Shown piece by piece: positions 17,904-27,127 of a DNA stretch of 64,000 nt. The stretch is from contig CAVVAY010000005.1 of NCBI GenBank assembly GCA_963746465.1, positions 297,725 to 361,724 of the forward strand, in the 5' to 3' direction. Under the pieces are notes generated by a model that made no database searches, was not told where the DNA came from, and saw only the letters and a program-made list of their open reading frames with translations. This DNA comes from an uncultured Actinomycetota bacterium (lineage in GTDB: Bacteria > Actinomycetota > Actinomycetes > JACCUZ01). Position 1 is the stretch's first letter. Each line of letters opens with the position of its first letter. The position numbers and the translations under genes were made by a program.

Positions 17904-19568
17904 ATGGCGGAGTTCATCTACACGATGCGCAAGGCGCGAAAAGCGCACGGCGACAAGGTCATCCTCGATGACGTCACCCTCTCGTTCCTGCCCGGAGCGA
18001 AGATCGGTGTCGTCGGCCCCAACGGTGCCGGCAAGTCGACCGTCCTGAAGATCATGGCCGGGCTCGACCAGCCGTCCAACGGTGACGTGTTCCTGTCGCC
18101 CGGCTACTCCGTCGGCATCCTCGAGCAGGAGCCGAAGCTCAACGAGGACAAGGACGTGCTGGGCAACGTCGAGGAGGGCCTCGGCGCGATCAAGCACAAG
18201 CTCGACCGCTACAACGAGATCGCCGAGAAGATGGCCGTCGAGTACAGCGACGAGCTGATGACCGAGATGTCCACGCTGCAGGAGGACATCGAGCACGCCA
18301 ACGCCTGGGACCTCGACTCGCAGCTCGAGCAGGCCATGGACGCCCTGCGCTGCCCGCCGCCCGACGCCGACGTGTCGGTGCTGTCCGGTGGCGAGAAGCG
18401 CCGTGTCGCCCTCTGCAAGCTGCTGCTCAGCCAGCCGGACCTGCTGCTGCTCGACGAGCCCACCAACCACTTGGACGCCGAGAGCGTGCAGTGGCTGGAG
18501 AGCCACCTGGAGAAGTACGCCGGCACCGTCGTCGCCGTGACCCACGACCGGTACTTCCTGGACAACGTGGCCGAGTGGATCCTCGAGCTGGACCGCGGCC
18601 GCGCCTACCCGTACGAGGGCAACTACTCGACGTACCTGGAGACCAAGCAGTCCCGGCTGAAGGTCGAGGGTCGCAAGGACGAGAAGCGCGCCAAGCGGCT
18701 CAAGGAGGAGCTCGAGTGGGTGCGCTCCAACGCCAAGGGCCGGCAGGCTAAGAGCAAGGCCCGCCTCGAGCGGTACGAGGAGATGGCCGCGGAGGCCGAG
18801 AAGACCCGCAAGCTGGACTTCGAGGAGATCCAGATCCCGCCCGGCCCGCGACTGGGCAACGTCGTGGTCGAGGTCGACGCGTTGAGCAAGGGCTTCGACG
18901 ACCGGGTGCTCATCGACGACCTGTCGTTCACCCTGCCGCGCAACGGCATCGTCGGTGTCATCGGCCCGAACGGCGCCGGCAAGACGACGCTGTTCAAGAT
19001 GATCCTCGGTGAGGAGCAGCCCGACAGCGGCTCCATCAAGATCGGCGAGACGGTGCAGATCGCCTACGTCGACCAGAGCCGGGCCGGCATCGACCCGCAG
19101 AAGTCCCTCTGGGAGGTCGTGTCGGACGGGCTCGACTACATCAAGGTCGGGCAGGTCGAGGTGCCGTCCCGCGCCTACGTCTCGGCGTTCGGCTTCAAAG
19201 GCCCCGACCAGCAGAAGCCGGCCGGCGTGCTGTCCGGCGGTGAGCGAAACCGGTTGAACCTGGCGCTCACGCTGAAGCAGGGCGGCAACCTGCTGCTGCT
19301 CGACGAGCCGACCAACGACCTCGACGTCGAGACGCTGTCGTCGCTGGAGAACGCGCTGCTCGAGTTCCCCGGCTGTGCGGTGGTCGTCTCCCACGACCGG
19401 TGGTTCCTGGACCGGGTGGCCTCACACATCCTGGCCTGGGAAGGCGACTCGAAGTGGTTCTGGTTCGAGGGCAACTTCGAGGCCTACGAGAAGAACAAGG
19501 TCGAGCGGCTCGGCATCGACGCCACCAGGCCGCACCGCGCGACCTACCGCAAGCTCACCCGCGACTGA
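17904..19568 (+). CDS. ettA: ABC-F ATPase energy-dependent translational throttle EttA
   Basis: MAEFIYTMRKA...LSFLPGAKIGVVGPNGAGKST. Two ABC cassettes with an inter-domain linker and no TM. Near-identical start to E. coli EttA. Confidence 0.9.
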   Translation: MAEFIYTMRKARKAHGDKVILDDVTLSFLPGAKIGVVGPNGAGKSTVLKIMAGLDQPSNGDVFLSPGYSVGILEQEPKLNEDKDVLGNVEEGLGAIKHKLDRYNEIAEKMAVEYSDELMTEMSTLQEDIEHANAWDLDSQLEQAMDALRCPPPDADVSVLSGGEKRRVALCKLLLSQPDLLLLDEPTNHLDAESVQWLESHLEKYAGTVVAVTHDRYFLDNVAEWILELDRGRAYPYEGNYSTYLETKQSRLKVEGRKDEKRAKRLKEELEWVRSNAKGRQAKSKARLERYEEMAAEAEKTRKLDFEEIQIPPGPRLGNVVVEVDALSKGFDDRVLIDDLSFTLPRNGIVGVIGPNGAGKTTLFKMILGEEQPDSGSIKIGETVQIAYVDQSRAGIDPQKSLWEVVSDGLDYIKVGQVEVPSRAYVSAFGFKGPDQQKPAGVLSGGERNRLNLALTLKQGGNLLLLDEPTNDLDVETLSSLENALLEFPGCAVVVSHDRWFLDRVASHILAWEGDSKWFWFEGNFEAYEKNKVERLGIDATRPHRATYRKLTRD

Positions 19569-19582
19569 CGGCGGCGGCGCCC

Positions 19583-19987
19583 ATGAGACACCGGTACCGG
19601 TGTGCGATGCGCTGGTCGGACATGGACGCCTACGGCCACGTGAACAACGTCGTCTACCTCACCTACCTCGAGGAGGCGCGGGTCGACATGCTGTTCGCCC
19701 TCGGCGCCGACCACGGCGTCAAGGCACTGTCCGAAGGTGTCCTGGTGGCGCACCACGAGATCGACTACAAGCGGCCGCTCGTCTACCACCCTCGCGGGGT
19801 CGACATCGAGATGTGGGTCGGCGCCATCAAGGGTGCGTCCTTCGAGATCCGCTACGAGGTCCGTGACGAGACCACGGTGTTCGCCACCGCGGCCTCCCTG
19901 CTGGTGCCCTACGACCTGGCTGCAGAGCGGCCTCGTCGTGTCTCGCCGGAGGAACGGGCCTTCCTCGAGCAGTATGTGGTGCCGTGA
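19583..19987 (+). CDS. Hotdog-fold acyl-CoA thioesterase (4HBT/YbgC-like)
   Basis: WSDMDAYGHVNNVVYLTYLEEAR signature. Confidence 0.7.
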   Translation: MRHRYRCAMRWSDMDAYGHVNNVVYLTYLEEARVDMLFALGADHGVKALSEGVLVAHHEIDYKRPLVYHPRGVDIEMWVGAIKGASFEIRYEVRDETTVFATAASLLVPYDLAAERPRRVSPEERAFLEQYVVP

Positions 19988-21003
19988 CCGGAACCCGTGC
20001 CGTTCTCCGCGCCGTGCTGGCCGCCACCGTGGTGGCCGCAGGCGCGGTCCTGGCCGCGCCGGCCCCGGCCACGGCTGCCCCCGTAGTCCGATGGGTCGAC
20101 GTCTCCGTCGCGACGCTGTGGAGCACCCCGGGGACCGCGCGTCCGGTCGACCGGTCGGCGCTGACGAACCCGGCCGACCCGCGGCAATGGGTCGCGAGCA
20201 TGTCCGACACGCAGAAGCGCTGGCTGTCGCTCGGCCACAGCCAGACCCAGGTCCTGTACGGCACCCGGCTCCGGGTGCTCGCCACCAGCGGGCGCTGGAG
20301 CAAGGTGGCGGTGCCCTCGCAGCCGAGTCCCAAGAACAGCCGCGGCTACCCCGGCTGGCTGCCGACCCGGCAGCTCACGACCGCGGCGCCGCAGGTGAGC
20401 GCCAGCAGCGCTGTCGTCACGCGGCGCACCGCGTGGCTGTGGGCCGATGACGACTCGGTCGGCAGGAACGCCGGCAGGGTGATGGAGCTGTCCTACGGCA
20501 CCGAGCTGCCGGTCGTCTCGGTCGGCCCGCGCACGGTCCAGGTCGGGATGCTCGGAGGCGAGGTCCGCTCCCTTCGGCGGTCGGCGGTCGTCGTTCGGTC
20601 CGGGAGGGCCCCGGCCACGGCCCCGACCGGTGCCGCCGTCGTCGGCGAGGCGATGCAGTTCCTCGGGCTGCCCTACCTGTGGTCGGGCACGAGCGGCTTC
20701 GGGTTCGACTGCTCGGGCCTGACGTACGCGACCTACCGGCAGCTGGGGGTCACCCTCCCGCGCGATGCCGCTCCGCAGGCCACCGCTGGGACGGCCGTCG
20801 CTCGCAGCGAGCTCCTGCCGGGCGACCTGGTGTTCCTGCGCACCTCGCAGGGTGTGGTGCACCACGTCGCGATGTACGTCGGCCGGGTCCGCGGCGTGCG
20901 CACCGTCATCGAGGCGCCGCGCACCGGGACGTCGGTCCGGCTCACCCCGCTGTCGCAGTTCGGGCCGGGCTACGCCGGCGCGCGCCGCTACCTCACGCCC
21001 TAG
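19984..21003 (+). CDS. Secreted NlpC/P60 peptidoglycan endopeptidase with N-terminal SH3-like domains
   Basis: Signal peptide. C-terminal LGLPYLWSGTSGFGFDCSGL...HHVAMYVG with the catalytic Cys and His. GTGA overlap with the upstream gene. Confidence 0.8.
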   Translation: MTGTRAVLRAVLAATVVAAGAVLAAPAPATAAPVVRWVDVSVATLWSTPGTARPVDRSALTNPADPRQWVASMSDTQKRWLSLGHSQTQVLYGTRLRVLATSGRWSKVAVPSQPSPKNSRGYPGWLPTRQLTTAAPQVSASSAVVTRRTAWLWADDDSVGRNAGRVMELSYGTELPVVSVGPRTVQVGMLGGEVRSLRRSAVVVRSGRAPATAPTGAAVVGEAMQFLGLPYLWSGTSGFGFDCSGLTYATYRQLGVTLPRDAAPQATAGTAVARSELLPGDLVFLRTSQGVVHHVAMYVGRVRGVRTVIEAPRTGTSVRLTPLSQFGPGYAGARRYLTP

Positions 21004-23168
21004 TCGTCGGCGCCGACCAGCGCACGCTCGGGCTGACGGGGTTCCGGGATCGCGGCGTGCGGCTGCACCCGCACCGCCTTCGCGGCCCAGGACGGCAGCC
21101 ACCAGTTCCACCGGCCGAACAACGACACCAGCGCCGGCACCAGCAGGGCCCGCACGATGGTGGCGTCCAGCAGGATGCCGATGCCCAGAGCGGTCGCGAA
21201 CACCTTGATGTCGGTGCCGGGCGACGATGCCAGGGCGAGGAATGACAGGAACAGGATCATCGCGGCGCCGGTGACGAGGCGTCCGGTGCGGGCCAGACCG
21301 GCGACGACCGCCTGGTTGGTGTCGCCGGACTTGTCGTACTCCTCGCGCATCCGGGCCAGGATGAACACCTCGTAGTCCATCGAGAGCCCGAACAGGAACG
21401 CGAAGATCAGGACGGGCAGCCAGAACGTGACCGCGCCGGTCGGAGCGATGCCGAAGACCTGCTCCGAGCCGTGACCGTTCTGCCAGAACAAGACGGTCGC
21501 ACCGAAGGTCGCAGCCACCGACACGACGTTGAGCAGCACGGCCTTGATGGGCAGCAGGATCGACCGGAACGTCCGCACCAGGAGCACGAAGGTCACCAGC
21601 GCGATCAGGCCCAGGCTGTAGGGGAACTTCTTGTAGACCGCGTTGATGTAGTCGAGCACGGTCGGGCCGACACCGGCGATGCCCACCACACCGGGGACGT
21701 CGTCGACGGCGGCACTCACCTCGTCGACGACGTGTGCCTTCGTGGAGTCGACGGTCTCCTCGGTCGGGATGACGCCGACGACCGCTGCATCGCCGGTACG
21801 CCACTGGTCGTTGTCGGGGGCGAAGGCCATCGCCACGCCCTCGACGCCACGCGCCCGGTCGGCCACGGTGTCGGCCGAGGTGGCGGAGTCGGCGCCCTTG
21901 ATCAGCACCTCCATCGGCGACACGATGCCGCTCGGCACGCCGCCCTTCCGCAAGGTCTGCAGCTGCTCGTAAGCCGGACCGCCGCTGGCCAGCGAGTCGG
22001 TCTGCGCCTGGCCGATCTTGATGCCGAAGATCGGGATGATCAGCGCGCCGAGGATGACCAGCGCGGTGCCGACGGCGACCCAGCGCCAGCGCACGATCAG
22101 CCCGGCCCAGGCCGTCCACGCGCGGGACGCCCGGCCTTCGTGCCGGATCCGTGGCCAGTCCACCTTGGGGCCGATGCTGCCCAGCAGGGCCGGCAGCAGG
22201 GTGAGGATGACCGCCGTGCTGACCAGCGGGATGAGCATGCCGCCGATGCCCATGCTGCGCAGCAGCGGGACGGGGATCACCAGCAGGGCGCACAGGCTGA
22301 TGGCCACGGTGCCCGCGCTCGCCACCACGGCGTGCCCGGCGTACTCCATCGCGACCACGACGGCGTCGTGGTTGTCGCGGCCGTGCGCGCGTTCCTCGCG
22401 CCAGCGGTTGACGACGAGCAAGGAGTAGTCGACCGCGACGCCGAGGCCGACCAGCGCGATCAGGAACTGGACCACGAAGCTGATGTCGGTCACGTAGGTG
22501 CCCAGCAGCACGATCGTGAACGTCGTGAGGATCGAGACCGCGGCGATGAGCAGCGGCATCAGGGCGAGGAACGACGCGAACAGGAACAGGAGCACCGCGA
22601 GAGCACCCAGCCCGCCCAGCAACGTCTCGGCCAGCAGGCTCGGCGCCTCAGGGTCCTCGGTGCCCTGGGCGAGCAGGTTGTAGCCGGTGATGCCGAAGTC
22701 GAACCCGGTGTCGGCGCTCGCCTTCTCCAGGATGGGCCGCATCGCGACGTCCGGTCCCACGTCGGTGAAGCTCTCGAACGGCTCGGGGTAGACCAGCGCA
22801 TAGGTCGTCCGACCGTCCTCGGTGAGGAACTTCGGGTCCTGGGTGTCGGCGTAGTCGACCATCCGGGTGCCAGGGAGGGCCTTCTTGATCGCGTCGAACA
22901 CCGGGTTGATCGTGTCGAGCTCGTCATCGACCGTGGTGCCCTCGGGCACCGTGACGACCGCGATGGTCGGGGGGTTGGAGCCGCCGTTGTGGAACGTGTC
23001 GAGGAGCTGGGTCTCGGTCTCGTAGCCCGGCTGACCGGGCAGCGAGAAGTCGACCACGAGCCGCTTGCCGGTCTGTCCGGCCGCGAAGACGCCGACGCCG
23101 AGCATCGCGACCCAGAACAGGACGACGAGCAGCCGGTGACGAAGGACGAAGCCGGCGAGACGAACCAT
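21000..23168 (-). CDS. MMPL (RND superfamily) membrane transporter
   Basis: Two 6-TM bundles each followed by a periplasmic domain. About 720 aa. ATG at 23168 with a GGGAGA RBS. Confidence 0.85.
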   Translation of the reverse strand: MVRLAGFVLRHRLLVVLFWVAMLGVGVFAAGQTGKRLVVDFSLPGQPGYETETQLLDTFHNGGSNPPTIAVVTVPEGTTVDDELDTINPVFDAIKKALPGTRMVDYADTQDPKFLTEDGRTTYALVYPEPFESFTDVGPDVAMRPILEKASADTGFDFGITGYNLLAQGTEDPEAPSLLAETLLGGLGALAVLLFLFASFLALMPLLIAAVSILTTFTIVLLGTYVTDISFVVQFLIALVGLGVAVDYSLLVVNRWREERAHGRDNHDAVVVAMEYAGHAVVASAGTVAISLCALLVIPVPLLRSMGIGGMLIPLVSTAVILTLLPALLGSIGPKVDWPRIRHEGRASRAWTAWAGLIVRWRWVAVGTALVILGALIIPIFGIKIGQAQTDSLASGGPAYEQLQTLRKGGVPSGIVSPMEVLIKGADSATSADTVADRARGVEGVAMAFAPDNDQWRTGDAAVVGVIPTEETVDSTKAHVVDEVSAAVDDVPGVVGIAGVGPTVLDYINAVYKKFPYSLGLIALVTFVLLVRTFRSILLPIKAVLLNVVSVAATFGATVLFWQNGHGSEQVFGIAPTGAVTFWLPVLIFAFLFGLSMDYEVFILARMREEYDKSGDTNQAVVAGLARTGRLVTGAAMILFLSFLALASSPGTDIKVFATALGIGILLDATIVRALLVPALVSLFGRWNWWLPSWAAKAVRVQPHAAIPEPRQPERALVGADD

Positions 23169-23327
23169 CACTGATCTCCCAGGGAACGAAAACGGTGCAG
23201 CGCTGACGCTAGGACAGACCGCCGACACCCGGTGAACTCGTCGCCGGATCTCGGGGAAACTTCAGGGACCGGTCGGGGTCGACCCGTGAGAAAGGTGGGA
23301 CAGAACGATCCAAACCGGTCGTTCTTG

Positions 23328-24992
23328 TCAGGACAGTCGGAGCCAGACGGCGGTGTCGCTGGGCAGCCGGTCGCCGTCCAGCGGCCGGCTGGCGAGCAGC
23401 ACCTCGTCGTACGCCGGGAGGTCCACCGGCTCGGAACCGAGGTTCACCACGCATCCGAGCACCGTGCCGTCGTCGGCCCGGCGACGGAAGGACAACGTGT
23501 CCGGAGCCGAGTCGGTCCACTCCAGGTCATCGCCCGGCAACGTCCGGCGCAGCCGGAGCGCCGAGCGGTACAGCTCCAGCGTCGAGCCCTCGACGCCCTC
23601 CTGGGCCTCCACCGACAGGTCGGCCCAGCCGGCCGGCTGGGGCAGCCACGGCTGGCCCGCGCCGAAGCCGAGCGACGGGCCGGAACGGGTCCAGGGGATG
23701 GGGACCCGGCTGCCGTCGCGACCGCGCACCCGGTGGCCGGAGCGCTCCCAGATCGGGTCGGCGAGCACGTCCTCGGGCAGGTCGACGACCTCGGGCAGCC
23801 CGACCTCCTCGCCCTGGTAGACGTAGGCCGACCCGGGCAGGGCCAGCATCAGCAACGCCGCTGCCCGGGCCCGTCGCAGCCCCAGGGCAGGGTCGATCGG
23901 CGTGTCCGGGCCGACGCGCTCGTCGTCGGCGACTCCGCCGCCGGTGAAGTCCAGCCGACCGTACCGCGTGGCGTGCCGGGCGACGTCGTGGTTGGACAGC
24001 ACCCAGGTCGTCGGCGCCCCCACCGAGCCGGCCGCCGCCCGGCTGCCGTCGATGGTCGTGCGCAGCGCGGAGGCGTCCCAGGCGGCGCGGACGAAGTTGA
24101 AGTTGAACGCGGTGTGCAGCTCATCCGGGCGGGTGTAGGCAGCCAGCCGCTCGGGGGAGTCGACCCAGGCCTCGGCGACGAAGGCGCGGTCGCCGTCGTA
24201 GGCGTCGCTGACCTTGCGCCAGCCGCGGTAGACCTCGTGCACCTCGTCGCGGTCCCAGAACGGGTGGTCCGGGCCAGCGTGCGGGACCAGCACCCCCTGC
24301 TCGTCCCGGCCGAGGTCGGGGAACGTCTGGTCCTTCTTCAGGGCGTTGGCGACGTCGATCCGGAAGCCGTCCACACCACGGTCCAGCCAGAACCGCAGGA
24401 TGTCCTGGAACTCCTCGACGACCTCGGGGTTCTCCCAGTCGAAGTCCGGCTGCTCGGGAGCGAACAGGTGCAGGTACCACTCGCCGTCCGGGATCCGCGC
24501 CCAGGCGGAGCCGCCGAAGGTGGAGTCCCAGTCGGTCGGCGGCTCGGAGCCGTCCGGTCCGCGCCCCGGCCGGAAGATGTACCGCGACCGCTCGGGGCCG
24601 CCCGGCCCGGCCGCCAGCGCGGCCTGGAACCACCTGTGCTGGTCCGAGGAGTGGTTCGGCACGATGTCGACGATGACCCGCAGGCCCAGCTGGTGCGCGT
24701 CGCTGATCAGGCCGTCGGCGTCGCCGAGGGAACCGAACAGCGGCTCGATGTCGCGGTAGTCGGCGACGTCGTACCCGCCGTCGGCCATCGGCGACGGGTA
24801 GAACGGCGTGATCCAGATCGCGTCGACGCCGAGGTCGCGCAGGTACGGCAGCCGTGACCGGATGCCGGCCAGGTCGCCGATGCCGTCGCCGTCCCCGTCG
24901 GCGAAGCTGCGGATGTAGACCTGGTAGATGACGGCGCTGCGCCACCAGGGCACGCCGGACTGGGTGCGGTCGGCCGTCGTCTCGTCGCTCAC
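23328..24992 (-). CDS. GH13 alpha-glucosidase (oligo-1,6-glucosidase-like)
   Basis: VPWWRSAVIYQVYIRSFADGDGDGIGD...GVDGFRIDVANAL...NHD. GTG start at 24992. The rest of the long ORF is a GC-frame artifact. Confidence 0.8.
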   Translation of the reverse strand: MSDETTADRTQSGVPWWRSAVIYQVYIRSFADGDGDGIGDLAGIRSRLPYLRDLGVDAIWITPFYPSPMADGGYDVADYRDIEPLFGSLGDADGLISDAHQLGLRVIVDIVPNHSSDQHRWFQAALAAGPGGPERSRYIFRPGRGPDGSEPPTDWDSTFGGSAWARIPDGEWYLHLFAPEQPDFDWENPEVVEEFQDILRFWLDRGVDGFRIDVANALKKDQTFPDLGRDEQGVLVPHAGPDHPFWDRDEVHEVYRGWRKVSDAYDGDRAFVAEAWVDSPERLAAYTRPDELHTAFNFNFVRAAWDASALRTTIDGSRAAAGSVGAPTTWVLSNHDVARHATRYGRLDFTGGGVADDERVGPDTPIDPALGLRRARAAALLMLALPGSAYVYQGEEVGLPEVVDLPEDVLADPIWERSGHRVRGRDGSRVPIPWTRSGPSLGFGAGQPWLPQPAGWADLSVEAQEGVEGSTLELYRSALRLRRTLPGDDLEWTDSAPDTLSFRRRADDGTVLGCVVNLGSEPVDLPAYDEVLLASRPLDGDRLPSDTAVWLRLS

Positions 24993-25038
24993 CGGGCAGA
25001 TCTTGCCGAACCTGGCGCGCGCACCGGGCAGCCGCCCG

Positions 25039-25440
25039 TCATCCGGGATGGTTGACCATGCTGTGAGCCGCCATCTCGAGGTAGTCCCAGAGCGGGACCT
25101 CGAGGCTCGGGGGCAGCTCGAGCTCGGCGATGGACTCGCGCATGTGGTGGAGCCACGCGTCCCGCTCGGCCGGCCCGACCTTGAACGGGACGTGCCGCAT
25201 CCGCAGCCGCGGGTGCCCTCGCTGCTCCTGGTAGGTGCGCGGTCCGCCCCAGTACTGCACGAGGAACATCCGCAGCCGCTCCTCGGCGCCGGAGAGGTCC
25301 TCCTCCGGGTAGAGCGGGCGCAGGACCGGGTCGCCGGCGACGCCCTGGTAGAACCGGTGCACCAGCCGCCGGAACGTCTCCTCGCCCCCGACCGAGTCGT
25401 AGAAGGTGGGCGCCACCTCCGGAATATCCACGTCTGCCAT
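25039..25440 (-). CDS. glbO: Group II truncated hemoglobin
   Basis: [22 protein letters not shown]...[13 protein letters not shown]. 133 aa. Confidence 0.8.
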   Translation of the reverse strand: MADVDIPEVAPTFYDSVGGEETFRRLVHRFYQGVAGDPVLRPLYPEEDLSGAEERLRMFLVQYWGGPRTYQEQRGHPRLRMRHVPFKVGPAERDAWLHHMRESIAELELPPSLEVPLWDYLEMAAHSMVNHPG

Positions 25441-25509
25441 CGTGTCAGACGGGTAGGGGCAGCTTCGTCCCCTGTTCGCCCCTGCCGTCGGACCCAGGAA
25501 GGACTGAGC

Positions 25510-25935
25510 ATGGCCACCACCCGCACCGCCAACGCCCACTGGGAGGGCTCGCTGCTCGAGGGCAAGGGCCGCGTGTCGCTCGACTCCTCGGGGATCGGGA
25601 CGTACGACGTGAGCTGGCCGGCCCGCGCCGAGGAGCCCAACGGCGTCACCAGCCCAGAAGAGCTCATCGCCGCTGCGCACTCGACCTGCTTCTCGATGTC
25701 GCTGTCGAACGAGCTGACCAAGGCCGGTCACACCGTCGAGACCGTCGACACCAAGGCCGACGTCACCTTCCAGCCCGGCAAGGGCATCACCGGCATCCAC
25801 CTGACGACCCGCGCGGCCGTCCCCGGGCTGTCCGCCGAGGAGCTCGCGACCTTCGCCGAGGGTGCCAAGACCAACTGCCCGGTCAGCAAGGCCCTCACCG
25901 GCACCACCATCACCCTCGACGCATCTCTCGCCTGA
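25510..25935 (+). CDS. OsmC/Ohr family peroxiredoxin-like protein
   Basis: ANAHWEGSL...[11 protein letters not shown]...NCPVSKAL with the two conserved Cys residues. GGAAGGA RBS. Confidence 0.8.
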   Translation: MATTRTANAHWEGSLLEGKGRVSLDSSGIGTYDVSWPARAEEPNGVTSPEELIAAAHSTCFSMSLSNELTKAGHTVETVDTKADVTFQPGKGITGIHLTTRAAVPGLSAEELATFAEGAKTNCPVSKALTGTTITLDASLA

Positions 25936-25957
25936 CCCTCAGCCACGTCTGCAAATG

Positions 25958-26036
25958 ATCACGCTGGCGTGGTCATTGGTTGCTGGGTGCGGTCACCACG
26001 CCGCACCCAGCAACCGGTGATCACGCTGACGTGATC
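25958..26036. terminator. Tandem hairpin cluster between convergent osmC-like and mscS genes
   Basis: A 15-bp perfect inverted repeat GGTTGCTGGGTGCGG-tcaccacg-CCGCACCCAGCAACC. It is flanked by two copies of the 8-bp-arm palindrome TGATCACGctg(g/a)CGTG(G/A)TCA. Confidence 0.4.
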
Positions 26037-26077
26037 AACGCGGGCAGCCTGCGGGGCAGCCTGCGGGCAGCCGGGGG

Positions 26078-27127
26078 TCAGGGTCGGTCGGGGGAGCCGG
26101 CTGGTCCCGCGGTCCCCGGGCTCCCGGTGCTCCCAGGGCTGCCCGGGCTCCCGGGGCCGCCGGGGTACTGAGGCGGCGGGACCCGGACGCCCTCGCGGTC
26201 GAAGGCTTCCTTGATGCGCTCCCGCAGCTCGCGCTGGACGCCGAAGTGCTCGTTCGGCGCGCACTTGACGACGACCCGGATCGTCACCGCGGTCCCGGTC
26301 ACCGACTCCACCCCGGCGACGGTCGGCGCCTCGATGATCTTCTCCCGCCAGTCGTCCTCCTCGGCCATCGCCGTCGCGGTGTCGCCGATCAGCCGCTGCA
26401 CCCGCGGGATGTCCTCGGTGTAGGCGACGGCGACGTCGACGATGCCGGTCGACCAGCCCTGGCTGTGGTTGCCCACCTTGAGGATCTCGCCGTTGCGCAC
26501 GTACCAGACCACCCCGCTGCCGTCGCGCATCCGGGTGACCCGCAGGCCCACCGCCTCGATGGTCCCGACGGTGCCCATGCCGGTGTCGACGAGGTCGCCC
26601 ACGCCGTACTGGTCCTCCAGGATCAGGAAGATGCCCGACAGGAAGTCCTTGACCAGCGACTGCGCGCCGAAGCCGACCGCCACACCGACGATGCCCGCGC
26701 TGGCGAGCAGCGGCCCGATCGGCAGCCCGACAACGTCGAGCACCATCAGCACCGTGACGCTGGCGATCACGCCGGTGGTCACGCTGCGCAGCACCGAGGA
26801 CATCGTCTCGGCGCGCTGCCTGCGCCGCTCGGAGAGCAGCGGGTTGCCCAGCAGCTTGCCGGCGTGGCCCTTGGCGAGCACGCCCGGCACAGTGCCCTCA
26901 GCGGCGCCGGCAGCGATGCGCCGGATCACCCGGTGGACGAGGAACCGCAGCAGCGCGGCGAGCAGCAGGATCAGGACGATCGACAGCGGCTTCGCGAGCA
27001 GCCAGTCGGCGGACTCGGCGAGCCACTTGTTGTCGGTCGTGTCGTAGACCCAGTCGCAGAAGGTGCCGGTCTCCTTGTCGTCGACGCAGCTGCGCAGCCG
27101 GATCAGGTCAGGGAGGGCCGCGGTCAC
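26078..27127 (-). CDS. Small-conductance mechanosensitive channel (MscS family)
   Basis: TM helices plus the MscS beta-domain (GDLVDTGMGTVGTIEAVGLRVTRMRDGSG). C-terminal Pro/Gly/Ser repeat tail. Confidence 0.8.
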   Translation of the reverse strand: MTAALPDLIRLRSCVDDKETGTFCDWVYDTTDNKWLAESADWLLAKPLSIVLILLLAALLRFLVHRVIRRIAAGAAEGTVPGVLAKGHAGKLLGNPLLSERRRQRAETMSSVLRSVTTGVIASVTVLMVLDVVGLPIGPLLASAGIVGVAVGFGAQSLVKDFLSGIFLILEDQYGVGDLVDTGMGTVGTIEAVGLRVTRMRDGSGVVWYVRNGEILKVGNHSQGWSTGIVDVAVAYTEDIPRVQRLIGDTATAMAEEDDWREKIIEAPTVAGVESVTGTAVTIRVVVKCAPNEHFGVQRELRERIKEAFDREGVRVPPPQYPGGPGSPGSPGSTGSPGTAGPAGSPDRP

